Shown here: piece after piece, positions 35,894 to 44,778 of the stretch
How positions within the stretch are numbered: the stretch's first letter is position 1
Layout of the letters: each line of letters begins with the position of its first letter
Assembly: GCA_965216305.1 (NCBI GenBank)
Contig: OZ244144.1
Location: forward strand, 4,172,941 to 4,236,940
Direction of reading: 5' to 3'
DNA from: Gammaproteobacteria bacterium
GTDB taxonomy: Bacteria; Pseudomonadota; Gammaproteobacteria; Ga0077536
DNA length: 64,000 nt
Notes under the pieces: model-generated
What the model was told of the DNA's origin: nothing
The model's database searches: none
Seen by the model: only the letters and a program-made list of their open reading frames with translations
Translations under genes and position numbers: made by a program

Positions 35894-36595
35894 TCAGCGG
35901 CGCTGGTACTGTTCGTCGCCGAACAGTTGCGTGTATGCCTCGTCCGTGGGATTGCCAACCTTTTGATCCTCGGCCATCAACGCAACCCCGCGCTGCACGG
36001 CCGGTCGTGCAGCGACCTGAGCATTCCAGCGCTTCACGTGCGGAAATTCGTCGATGTCGATGCGATGCAATGCCCATTGCTTCGGCATCGTCCACGGATA
36101 CGTCGCAACGTCGGCAAGTGAATAATCCGGGCCGGCGAGATACGCGTTGTCGGCGAGACGTTTGTTCATCACGCCGTACAGGCGCTTCGTCTCCTTGTGG
36201 TAGCGGTTTTTCGCGAGCGGTACGTCCTCGGGGCAATAGCCCTGGAAATATCCGTTCTGACCGAACATCGGGCCCACCCCGCCCATCTGGAACATGAGCC
36301 ACTGCAGCATGTCGTAGCGTTGCTTGCGCTCGGACGGCCACAGGATCCCGGTTTTTTCCGCGAGGTAGAGCAGAATCGCGCCGGATTCGAACAGCGCATA
36401 GGATGTTCCCCCGGGGCCGTCATGATCGACGACGGCCGGGACCCGATTATTCGGATTAAGCGCGAGAAACGCCGCTTCGAATTGCTCCCCGGCGAGAATA
36501 TTCACCGGCTTCGTGACGTAGTCGAGACCGACTTCCTCGAGCATGATGCTGGCCTTGTGCCCGTTCGGGGTGGGCCAGTAGTACAGGTCGATCAT
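35894..36595 (-). CDS. yfcG: Nu-class glutathione S-transferase / GSH-dependent disulfide reductase (YfcG-like)
   Basis: 'MIDLYYWPTPNGHKASIMLEEVGLDY...ESGAILLYLAEKTG' is near-collinear with E. coli YfcG. Confidence 0.8.
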   Translation of the reverse strand: MIDLYYWPTPNGHKASIMLEEVGLDYVTKPVNILAGEQFEAAFLALNPNNRVPAVVDHDGPGGTSYALFESGAILLYLAEKTGILWPSERKQRYDMLQWLMFQMGGVGPMFGQNGYFQGYCPEDVPLAKNRYHKETKRLYGVMNKRLADNAYLAGPDYSLADVATYPWTMPKQWALHRIDIDEFPHVKRWNAQVAARPAVQRGVALMAEDQKVGNPTDEAYTQLFGDEQYQRR

Positions 36596-36716
36596 CGCAG
36601 GGAACCTCTTAAAAACACCGCTTCACGCGCATGAGCACAAGGCGCGCGATCACCTTGCATCTCCCGGTTATGCGGCCGTGGCATCCGCTGGCGCAATGCG
36701 GGATTTCGAGCAGCCC

Positions 36717-37457
36717 CTACCTGAGGCCGTTTTCACGTTGCAGTTCGAGCACGGCGGCGACATGGCGCTGGCAATACGCCGCGCTTTCCTCACCACTGAA
36801 GTCGATATTGTAGTGACTCTTCACGGACGGTCGTTCGAGCGCCTCGTCCCACCATGCTTTCAACGCCGGCCGGCCATCGAAACAGTCGAAATCCGGATAC
36901 AGTGGATCCTTGGCGTCGTAGAACTTCGTCCGGAAATCCATATAGCTGATCGCATGCAGCATCGCGGCCTGGCCGATATCGAATTGCCCGAAACCGCGCG
37001 CGCAATAGCGCTCGAGTTCGTCAAGACCGCGGATAAACTTCGGCCATACCCATTCGAACAGCGCACGCCGCTGGGTCTCGGCTGGCTGCCAGCCTTCCAT
37101 CACGAGTTGTACGGTGGTCTCGAAAATCGTGTCCGACAGGGCGAGGCGGCTGATGGCTTCCCAGCGTGCCGGGCCCGCCGGTGGATACAGGGGCGTGCCG
37201 GTTCTGTTCATGCTGTCGAGGCATTCAGCCACGGCCTGCGAACCGTAGACAACCTGACCGGAATCAAGCGCGAGCGTCGGTACCTTGTCGAGCGGGTTCA
37301 GGGCCGCGATCGAATACGCATCTCCCTGATCCTCGCCGGCGCGGTTCTTGAACGGGTAGGTGGCGATGAACGTGATCTCGTCCCACAACCCGGCCTCATG
37401 CGCGGTGACGAGTACTTTATGGATGAACGTGTGAAACGGTGAGTAAAACAGTCGCAT
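36717..37457 (-). CDS. Glutathione S-transferase family protein
   Basis: Start 'MRLFYSPFHTFIHKVL' (ATG 37457, RBS GAGGTG). Thioredoxin-like N-domain with 'VPTLALDSGQVVYGSQAVAECL'. Confidence 0.6.
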   Translation of the reverse strand: MRLFYSPFHTFIHKVLVTAHEAGLWDEITFIATYPFKNRAGEDQGDAYSIAALNPLDKVPTLALDSGQVVYGSQAVAECLDSMNRTGTPLYPPAGPARWEAISRLALSDTIFETTVQLVMEGWQPAETQRRALFEWVWPKFIRGLDELERYCARGFGQFDIGQAAMLHAISYMDFRTKFYDAKDPLYPDFDCFDGRPALKAWWDEALERPSVKSHYNIDFSGEESAAYCQRHVAAVLELQRENGLR

Positions 37458-37554
37458 CGGGCACCTCGGTTCGCATTGCTCGGGCACGGCTCACGAGCGT
37501 ACCCGAAATCCGCAACCGCGGCAGCTTGCACCCGGGTTCACCCCGCGGCCATAT

Positions 37555-38295
37555 TCAGTTCGCACCGGGGGTGCGTGCGCGTGCGTAAATCAGCGACCAG
37601 TCGACGGTTACCGCACCGTCGCTGCGATCGACGTTGAAATAGCGCTCGATACCGCGCGCGATCGTCTGCTCGTCGCATTGCAAGCCGAACAGGCCAGCGA
37701 AGAAGCGCAGCAGATCGGCATCGGCCGGAAATCGCCACGGCACCGACGCGACGGACGTGTGTATGTCAACGTAGCCGGTCTCGCGGAGCAGCGACTCGAT
37801 GCGCTCGCGGGCGACGAAACGCCCGTCATGTCCGTTCGGGTTGTACTCGTTGACGAATTCGTTCAGCCACCGCGCAACGGGCGACGCGGGGGCAACATCA
37901 CACAATCCGAACTGGCCACCCGGAACGAGCACGCGGAAAACTTCGGCCAGCGTGCGTTCGACGGAACGACTGTGATGCAGGCCGGCGAGACCGAGCGCGA
38001 CGTCGATCGATGCGTCCGCGACGCTCACGAGGTCGTGGATTTCATCGGCATACACGGTGTGTTGTGGTGCCAGTCGTGCGCGCAATGCCGCCGACGGTTC
38101 AACGCAGATGCAGTGGATGCGGCCGCCGCTGCGGGCGAGGATCGCATCGGCAACAAATCCGCCGGCCGCCTGCAGATCCAGCAAGGTGCCGGTTTCCGGC
38201 AAGTCCACCTGCGCGCACAGATGGTCGAGTTCCGCCTGGCGGGCGTCACCATACTCGGCCATGGCCCACGGGGCCGAGGTTGTTGGCAAACTCAT
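37555..38295 (-). CDS. Class I SAM-dependent methyltransferase
   Basis: Start 'MSLPTTSAPW' at 38295; the track ORF is over-extended. 'LLDLQAAGGFVADAI', 'LVPGGQFGLCD'. Confidence 0.6.
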   Translation of the reverse strand: MSLPTTSAPWAMAEYGDARQAELDHLCAQVDLPETGTLLDLQAAGGFVADAILARSGGRIHCICVEPSAALRARLAPQHTVYADEIHDLVSVADASIDVALGLAGLHHSRSVERTLAEVFRVLVPGGQFGLCDVAPASPVARWLNEFVNEYNPNGHDGRFVARERIESLLRETGYVDIHTSVASVPWRFPADADLLRFFAGLFGLQCDEQTIARGIERYFNVDRSDGAVTVDWSLIYARARTPGAN

Positions 38296-38466
38296 GGCGC
38301 CCTCATCGGGCCGCCGGGGTCGCTGAGTGCGAACGCGGGCGTATTCATGTTTGTGCTCGTATGCATCACAGGTAGCGCAAGCGTAGTTGGTTCGCTGGTA
38401 ACAATCCGGGAAAGCGGCGCAATGTTGCAATCCTTAACCCGGGCGCCGTGGTCGGATGGAGCCCCC

Positions 38467-39579
38467 TCAGGTGAGTTGTCCCGGCGGCAGCTCGAGTACC
38501 GGCAGACCGCGGCCACAGGCACACGGCGCACCCCAGCGTGCCGACCAGCCGGTGTCGAAACGGGGCGCGGGCTGACGCAGATTGTGCAGATCGGTTACCA
38601 GCAAGCGCCCGCTTGCACCCGGCGCCACCACGGTATCGTGCTCATCGACGAGTTCCACATACACGTGTTCCGCCTGCACGTGCAGCGCGCCGTGTTCGGC
38701 GCACTCGAACGCGATCGTGCCAGTCAGCGCATGCGCGAGGTGGAAGCGCACGCTTGCACCGAACGTGCTCGCGGCCGCGGCCCGCAGCGCGTCGTCTGGC
38801 GTCTCACCGTGTATCCGTATCAGTCGCAACGGCGGCAGATCCGACCCTGGCGCGTGGGCGAGGAGCGCCGTGAGCGTCGCGCTCGAGCATTCGAGCACGT
38901 CCGCGCCGTTGCGTCGGAGCGCAGCGAGTATTGCCGCTGGGGACTCGGTCGGTGCCAGCACCACCCGGTTTGCCGTCGCCGCGACACAGCCGAGCGCGGT
39001 GTCCCAGCCATCGCGGCCGGCAACGGAACCTGCTGCACCGGGATGCGTGGCGTCAACCCGAACCACGGCGCCACCCGGATCGCGATCGTGCCACTGCAAT
39101 TCGCGCAGGCGCAGCGCCGCGTCGAAGAACGCCGTGATCGCTGAGCGCCGCAACGCTGGCTCCCGCCCACCGTCGCGCCAGATTATCGGCGCATCAGCGC
39201 CGTGTGATGGCGGCACCGCGAGTGGACCTTGATCCGCGAGCGCGGCCAAATCGCCACGACTCAGCGGCGCGAGCTGTCGCCAGGGGTCCGCGGTGAGCAC
39301 TTCACCGGCGGCGATGCCCGCCGCCTCGAACCGTGTCCGGTACCATTGTTTGCCCGCGGCGCAGGCGATGATCTCGCGCAATTGACGTAACGTGGCGTGT
39401 TCGAGTTCAGCGCGCGGCCACCACTGGCTCAGTTGCAGTTGGTACAGGAATGCGAACACCACGTTCGTATTCGGCGAGCCGGAACCCGGCCACAGCACAT
39501 GGCTCAACGCGGAGCGCACGCCGGGCGATTGCGCGGGAACGCGGGTGCGCGGCGCTCGGCGGCGGGATTTCTTCGCCAT
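38467..39579 (-). CDS. PaaK/F390-synthetase-like (CapK-like) adenylate-forming enzyme paralogue lacking the canonical SGTTG P-loop (possibly non-catalytic); start uncertain
   Basis: Shares the N-terminal 'LYQLQLSQWWP' motif and overall collinearity with the upstream paralogue, but no 'S/TSG(S/T)TG' motif was found. Confidence 0.5.
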   Translation of the reverse strand: MAKKSRRRAPRTRVPAQSPGVRSALSHVLWPGSGSPNTNVVFAFLYQLQLSQWWPRAELEHATLRQLREIIACAAGKQWYRTRFEAAGIAAGEVLTADPWRQLAPLSRGDLAALADQGPLAVPPSHGADAPIIWRDGGREPALRRSAITAFFDAALRLRELQWHDRDPGGAVVRVDATHPGAAGSVAGRDGWDTALGCVAATANRVVLAPTESPAAILAALRRNGADVLECSSATLTALLAHAPGSDLPPLRLIRIHGETPDDALRAAAASTFGASVRFHLAHALTGTIAFECAEHGALHVQAEHVYVELVDEHDTVVAPGASGRLLVTDLHNLRQPAPRFDTGWSARWGAPCACGRGLPVLELPPGQLT

Positions 39580-39596
39580 ACCAGATGCGCGCCGGC

Positions 39597-40967
39597 CTAG
39601 GACGCCGTTGCCGCCGGCTCACCGACGCGACAGATGAATTCTTCGTACTTCTGCCCGTGGCCACGTTCGATCGCATCGACATAGGTAAAGCTGATCGTAT
39701 ACGGGTAGGCGAGCCGATCCTGCAGAAACGCAACGAGTTCCGCTTCCTGTGCCGCGGTGACGGGTTCGGCGACGACCGCACGCACCTCGATCGCCGTCTC
39801 CGTATGCTGAATCAACTGCAATTGCTGCAGCGGTGCGATGCGGTTGATCGATGGTCCGCCATAGGCGGGCCAGAAACGTTCGCCGCCGGGACGCACGGCC
39901 ATGTTACGGGTGCGCCCGATGATCCGTTGCAACACGCCGAGGCCGCGGCCGTCGGCGAGCGGTGCCCCCACTTCGGCGTAATCTCCATTCACATACCGGA
40001 TCAGCGGCGAGGCAAAGTTGTGCAACGGTGTCACCACGACACGTCCGATTGCGCCCGGCTCACACGGGTCCCCGTTGTCGTCGAGCACTTCGATAATGTG
40101 CGTCTCGTCAGCGCTGTAGAACGCCTGCGACCCCGGCGCCTGTAACGCGAGGACGCCAAGTTCATTCGCGCTGTAGGTGTCGATGAGCGGCAGGCCGAGC
40201 ACGTTGCGGCATGCGGCGCGCAGTTCGTCGTCGACGATTTCGCCATAGGTATGCACTTGTTCAAGGAAATCGAGCTGCTTGTCCGACGCCGCGAGGCGTT
40301 TGAGGCACGCCTTCAGATTCGATGGCAGGGTCATCAGATAGGCCGGGCGATGCTGCTCCAGCCAGCGGATTTGCTCGTCGATCGTCGTGCGCACATCCAT
40401 GGCATAGGCCGGACCCGTACGCACGCCGTCCACCCAGGCTGCTTCCGTTTCCTGCCGTGCCTCCCCGTGCAGCACGCGGATCGAGGCGACCGCGGCGGAC
40501 AGATTCATCCGCTGCCAGACAAAGCCCCGCAGGTGCATGGCCGCGAACAGTGCGCGCATAAAGCCGGTTTCGAGGACCGCAATGGGTGAACCGGTTGATC
40601 CGGACGTCCGTGCCACCTTGACCTGGCCGTGATCGTCCGGCATCTGCCGGCTATGCAAGGCGGCGAATTCGGCCTGAATGTCGCCGCGGGTGAGTAACGG
40701 CAGGCGCCGAAATCGCGCCCAGTCGAGCGGGCGACGCGGATCATAGCGGCGCTGTAAGCGCGCGGCGTAGAACGGTACCGTCGAGAACGCGTGTTGCAGC
40801 AACTTGTCTGCCTGCGCCAGCTGCAGTGCAGCGATTTTTTCCGCCGGCCACCATTGCGAAATCTCGAGCTGTGCGCACAGGGCGAATATCGCGGCCTGGG
40901 CCGGCTGCGGGATCGCAGGCCAGGCAATGCCGGGTACGGCGGTGGAGAATTCAGCCGCCGGCAGCAT
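39597..40967 (-). CDS. PaaK/F390-synthetase-like (CapK-like) adenylate-forming enzyme
   Basis: 'ARTSGSTGSPIAV' P-loop; 'LCAQLEISQWWP...LQLAQADKLLQHAFSTVPFYAARLQ' PaaK-type N-domain. Likely start is M54 (ATG 40967) rather than the track start 41126. Confidence 0.6.
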   Translation of the reverse strand: MLPAAEFSTAVPGIAWPAIPQPAQAAIFALCAQLEISQWWPAEKIAALQLAQADKLLQHAFSTVPFYAARLQRRYDPRRPLDWARFRRLPLLTRGDIQAEFAALHSRQMPDDHGQVKVARTSGSTGSPIAVLETGFMRALFAAMHLRGFVWQRMNLSAAVASIRVLHGEARQETEAAWVDGVRTGPAYAMDVRTTIDEQIRWLEQHRPAYLMTLPSNLKACLKRLAASDKQLDFLEQVHTYGEIVDDELRAACRNVLGLPLIDTYSANELGVLALQAPGSQAFYSADETHIIEVLDDNGDPCEPGAIGRVVVTPLHNFASPLIRYVNGDYAEVGAPLADGRGLGVLQRIIGRTRNMAVRPGGERFWPAYGGPSINRIAPLQQLQLIQHTETAIEVRAVVAEPVTAAQEAELVAFLQDRLAYPYTISFTYVDAIERGHGQKYEEFICRVGEPAATAS

Positions 40968-41133
40968 GGCGGCGCGAACGCATGATGGCACACGCCGCGC
41001 CGTGCACGGTGCACAACGTGGCCCCCGCGGCAGGCAGATCGCAGCGCAGGTCGGGGCACAACGGGAGTGGCCAAATCGGGGACCTGGCGGGTGCGACCCC
41101 GGGATACGCACCACGCATAAACTCATTCGACAT
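40951..41133 (-). CDS. Hypothetical 60-aa Cys/Pro-rich small ORF ending in Gly-Gly, start/stop-chained to the PaaK-like gene
   Basis: ATG 41133 preceded by GAGGTGGAG at 7-nt spacing. Its stop overlaps the PaaK-like ATG. GC3 about 77%. No homology recognised; could be spurious. Confidence 0.2.
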   Translation of the reverse strand: MSNEFMRGAYPGVAPARSPIWPLPLCPDLRCDLPAAGATLCTVHGAACAIMRSRRHAAGG

Positions 41134-41395
41134 TATTCGTTCTCCACCTCGTAAACAGTTGCCTGATTACCCGGGGTTGATCCCTGCGCACTAAAGTTTG
41201 CCCCGATCGCGCCGCCAGCAAAAATGGTCGTCCGCACCGCGACCGGACAATAACCCTTAGCGACACCTCCGTTCTCCCTGGATACAGGGCACGGACCGCA
41301 CCGTAAGCACAGGACTTTTTTTACCATGAGCGCACGTCTGATTTCAGCGCTGTGTCACCCAACCGTCGCGCCAGTGCCTCACGAGAACGTCTGAC

Positions 41396-41836
41396 GTGTC
41401 CGTCCGTCACCTCATTTTGCTCGTCGACGACAGTGCCGAAGATCAGTACCTGACTACGGAAGCACTGGAGGCTGCCGGCGGCAAAAACAAAATGTGCACC
41501 CTCGACAGTGGCGAGGAATTGCTAGCCTACCTCCGTCGCGAAGGCCCGTACGCCGCCGAGGGCAGCGCGCCGCGGCCGCATCTTGTCCTGCTCGATTTGA
41601 ACATGCCGCGCATGAATGGTCACGAGACGCTGGCGGAGCTGCGAAAAATCGACGAATACCGCAATCTGCCGGTGATCGTCTATTCCACCTCCGCGGTTGA
41701 AGATGACGTGAAGCTCGCGTACAGCGGCGGCGCGAATGCTTATATCGCGAAGCCGGATTCGTTCGAAGCGCTGTGCCGCGCGATGAGTACGCTGCAGGAA
41801 TTCTGGTTCGAAACAGCCGTCTGCCCGCGCGGCTGA
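41396..41836 (+). CDS. Single-domain response regulator (CheY-like receiver)
   Basis: 'ILLVDDSAEDQ', 'LVLLDLNMPRMNGHE', 'PVIVYSTS...AYIAKP' receiver motifs with the phospho-acceptor Asp. Confidence 0.85.
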   Translation: MSVRHLILLVDDSAEDQYLTTEALEAAGGKNKMCTLDSGEELLAYLRREGPYAAEGSAPRPHLVLLDLNMPRMNGHETLAELRKIDEYRNLPVIVYSTSAVEDDVKLAYSGGANAYIAKPDSFEALCRAMSTLQEFWFETAVCPRG

Positions 41837-41960
41837 ACCCGCCTTCCGGTGCTGCGGCGGCCCGTTTCCCGCTATCATCACAGCGGCGGCCGGCTCTTCA
41901 GCCGGGCCGATCCGGCTCCCGTTCCGCCGCGCCCGGCAGTACATCGTTGCGGGCACGGGT

Positions 41961-42590
41961 TCACACCACCTCGTGCTGCGGCGCAACTGGAGGTCGGGTG
42001 GTGTCCGCGTCCGCGCTGATCCAGCCGGTCAAGGTTTCGCGCAACGCCGTTTCCACCGGCATATCGATACGACTGACCCAGGCGCGCGGCACGAACACAG
42101 TGAAACCACCGATCTGGTAACTCATCGGCAGATACACCGCAACCCGATCAGCCGCCGCATCGACGAAACCGACGTCGCCAACGTCGTCGCGCATCAGCAG
42201 ACCGATCATGGCGACGTCGTGGTCCGGATGCACAACGCTGACAACCACCCCGGCCCGCTGGCCGCGTTGTGGTGAGGCGAACGAGGTGAGCTGTTTGAAA
42301 GCACCGTAAAGCTCGCGCACCATCGGCGCGCGCTGCAGCGGTATTTCGACGAGTTTGTAGATCCAGCGGGTGAGCCGCGAACTGACCAGCATGCCGAGCA
42401 TGAAAACAGCGACGATGCCAAACGCGATCCCGAGGCCCGGGATCGCCACCACGTCCGGCCATACCGCCGTCAAGGCGACGGTTGTGATCCGGTTCAGCCA
42501 CGCGCCGAAAAAATAAACCGCATAAAGTGTGAGGAAAATTGGCAGGAACGCGAGCAGTCCGCGCAGAAAGGTTTTTGCCAGTGTATTCAT
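41961..42590 (-). CDS. DUF502 family membrane protein
   Basis: Start 'MNTLAKTFLRGLLAFLPIFLTLY' at 42590 (RBS GGAGA). Two N-terminal TM helices then a conserved soluble domain. Confidence 0.65.
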   Translation of the reverse strand: MNTLAKTFLRGLLAFLPIFLTLYAVYFFGAWLNRITTVALTAVWPDVVAIPGLGIAFGIVAVFMLGMLVSSRLTRWIYKLVEIPLQRAPMVRELYGAFKQLTSFASPQRGQRAGVVVSVVHPDHDVAMIGLLMRDDVGDVGFVDAAADRVAVYLPMSYQIGGFTVFVPRAWVSRIDMPVETALRETLTGWISADADTTRPPVAPQHEVV

Positions 42591-42829
42591 CCATGTCTCC
42601 CCAATGCCGTTGGCGCCAGGGGGAATCATAGGCGAATGCGGCCCGCGGCCGCTTAACCCGAGTGCGCGCTCGACGCGCGCCGCGCGTGGCCGCAACCGTG
42701 TCGAGCGACCCGCACAATTACGCCGGTCGCCCACTTGGCAGCACTACCATTGCCACGTAATATGCCAACACGCAGTTCACGCAGAGTACCGGGAGATGGT
42801 GATGCCGATCCGGCCGCAAGAGGTGTGAT

Positions 42830-44638
42830 TTGAAACGCACCGATACAAGCAACCCCGATTACTTCCACAAGGTCGTTGACTGCCAGTGGGCCTGCCCGGC
42901 CCACACCCCGGTCCCCGAATACATCAGACTCATCGCCGCCGGCCGCCACAGTGATGCCTACATGGTGAACTGGCGCTCGAACGTGTTCCCCGGGATCCTC
43001 GGTCGCACCTGCGACCGCCCCTGCGAACCGGCCTGCCGGCGCGGCCGGGTTGAGGAAGAACCGGTCGCAATCTGCCGTCTCAAACGGGTCGCCGCGGATT
43101 TCAAGGGCGACATCCGCAAACGTCTGCCAAAACCCGCACGCAAGAAGAACGGCAAGCGGATTGCCTGCATCGGCGCTGGCCCGGCGTCACTCACGGTCGC
43201 CCGCGATCTCGCGCCGCTCGGCTACGACATCGTCGTCTTCGACGGCGAGGAGCGCGCTGGAGGCATGATCCGCAGCCAGATCCCGAAGTTCCGCCTGCCG
43301 GAGCGCGTGATCGACGAAGAAGTCGGCTACATCCTCGATCTCGGCGTCGATTTCCGTCCGAATACCTGGATCGAGTCGCTCAAAACCATCCTCGACGAGG
43401 ATTACGATGCGATATTCGTCGGTACCGGCGCACCGCGCGGACGCGACCTGAAATTGCCCGGTCGCGAGGAAGCGAAGGCGAATATCCATATCGGTATCGA
43501 CTGGCTGTCGTCCGTCTCGTTCGGGCATATCGAGAAAATCGGCGAACGCGTGATCGTCCTCGGCGGCGGTAACACGGCCATGGACTGCTGCCGCTCGTCG
43601 CGCCGACTCGGCGGCAAGGACGTGAAAGTGGTCGTGCGCTCCGGCTTCGAGGAAATGAAAGCCTCGCCGTGGGAAAAAGAAGACGCGATGCACGAAGATA
43701 TCCCGATCATGAACTATCTCGTGCCGAAATCGTTCAACCACGAAAACGGCAAACTCACGGGGATGACGTTCGAGAAAGTCGAAGCCGTTTACGACGACAA
43801 CGGCAAACGCTCGCTCGTGCCCACCGGCGAGCCCGACGAGACGTTCGAATGCGACGACGTGCTCGTTGCCGTCGGCCAGGAAAACTCGTTCCCGTGGATC
43901 GAACGCGATATCGGCATGACGTTCAATGAATGGGACATGCCGGTCGTCGACGAACTTACATTCCAGTCCTCCGTGCCGAAAGTATTTTTCGGCGGCGATT
44001 CCGCGTTCGGCCCGGAAAATATCATCTGGGCCGTCGCCCACGGGCACGCCGCGGCGGTGTCTATCGACAAGTTCTGCCACGGCGAAGACGTGTCGAAACG
44101 TCCACCGCCACAAGTGAACCTGACGTCGCAGAAAATGGGCATCCACGAGTGGAGTTACGACAACGACATCTCGAACGACCTGCGCTACAAGGTGCCGCTG
44201 AAAGACCTCCGCAATGCGCTCGCGAACATCAAGGTCGAGGTGGAACTCGGTTACGACCAGAATCTCGCCGTGGCGGAGGCCGAACGCTGCCTGAACTGCG
44301 ACATCCAGACCGTTTTCGATCACAACCTGTGCATCGAATGCGATGCCTGCGAGGACATCTGCCCGACCGACTGCATCAATTTCACCGCGAACGGCGACGA
44401 AGCCGATTTGCGGCCGCGGCTGAACGTGCCCGCGATCAACGAATCGCAGGATCTTTACGTCTCGGCGGAACTGAAAACGCAGCGCGTCATGGTCAAAGAC
44501 GAAGACATGTGTCTGCACTGCGGCCTGTGCGCTGAACGCTGCCCGACCGGTGCCTGGGACATGCAGAAATTCCTGCTCGACGTCGAACATGCCGGTCCGA
44601 AGTGCCGCGAACGCAAGAGGCGCGCCAAAGCAGCCTGA
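42830..44638 (+). CDS. GltD-like NAD(P)H-dependent FAD oxidoreductase fused to a C-terminal 2x[4Fe-4S] ferredoxin domain
   Basis: N-terminal Cys cluster (CQWACPAH...CDRPCEPAC), 'IACIGAGPASL' and 'VIVLGGGNTAMDC' dinucleotide folds, C-terminal 'CLNCDIQ...CIECDACEDICP' and 'CLHCGLCAERCP'. Confidence 0.75.
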   Translation: MKRTDTSNPDYFHKVVDCQWACPAHTPVPEYIRLIAAGRHSDAYMVNWRSNVFPGILGRTCDRPCEPACRRGRVEEEPVAICRLKRVAADFKGDIRKRLPKPARKKNGKRIACIGAGPASLTVARDLAPLGYDIVVFDGEERAGGMIRSQIPKFRLPERVIDEEVGYILDLGVDFRPNTWIESLKTILDEDYDAIFVGTGAPRGRDLKLPGREEAKANIHIGIDWLSSVSFGHIEKIGERVIVLGGGNTAMDCCRSSRRLGGKDVKVVVRSGFEEMKASPWEKEDAMHEDIPIMNYLVPKSFNHENGKLTGMTFEKVEAVYDDNGKRSLVPTGEPDETFECDDVLVAVGQENSFPWIERDIGMTFNEWDMPVVDELTFQSSVPKVFFGGDSAFGPENIIWAVAHGHAAAVSIDKFCHGEDVSKRPPPQVNLTSQKMGIHEWSYDNDISNDLRYKVPLKDLRNALANIKVEVELGYDQNLAVAEAERCLNCDIQTVFDHNLCIECDACEDICPTDCINFTANGDEADLRPRLNVPAINESQDLYVSAELKTQRVMVKDEDMCLHCGLCAERCPTGAWDMQKFLLDVEHAGPKCRERKRRAKAA

Positions 44639-44778
44639 TGCGTGCGCAACCCGGCACCGCACGATTTTCGCGAGCCGCAACTCCTTACCCGGCGTGCGGC
44701 AATTGAATGTCTCACTGACCACCCTGCCCGCGCATCCGTCGGCGTAGCGCGGCTTGGCAAACGCGGATAACGACTCGC

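Noticed and set aside
37678-39144. 488-aa plus-strand ORF
   Set aside because: Antisense to the methyltransferase and PaaK-like genes. Cys/Arg/Gly-rich wrong-frame composition.
40968-41126. N-terminal 53-aa extension of the PaaK-like gene (track start 41126)
   Set aside because: The extension is Cys/Pro/Arg low-complexity with no RBS. Homologous PaaK-family N-domains begin at the internal Met (40967). The longer form would make the protein atypically long (509 aa).
41133-41327. 64-aa Cys-rich ORF (MVKKVLCLRCGPCPV...) upstream of the PaaK-like operon
   Set aside because: No RBS, GC3 about 55% (far below the coding average in this genome), AT-rich codons. It is kept only as context in the finding because its stop is chained (TAATG) to the next small ORF.
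43187-44722. 511-aa minus-strand ORF
   Set aside because: Antisense to the GltD-like/ferredoxin gene, whose Cys clusters and dinucleotide folds are unambiguous.
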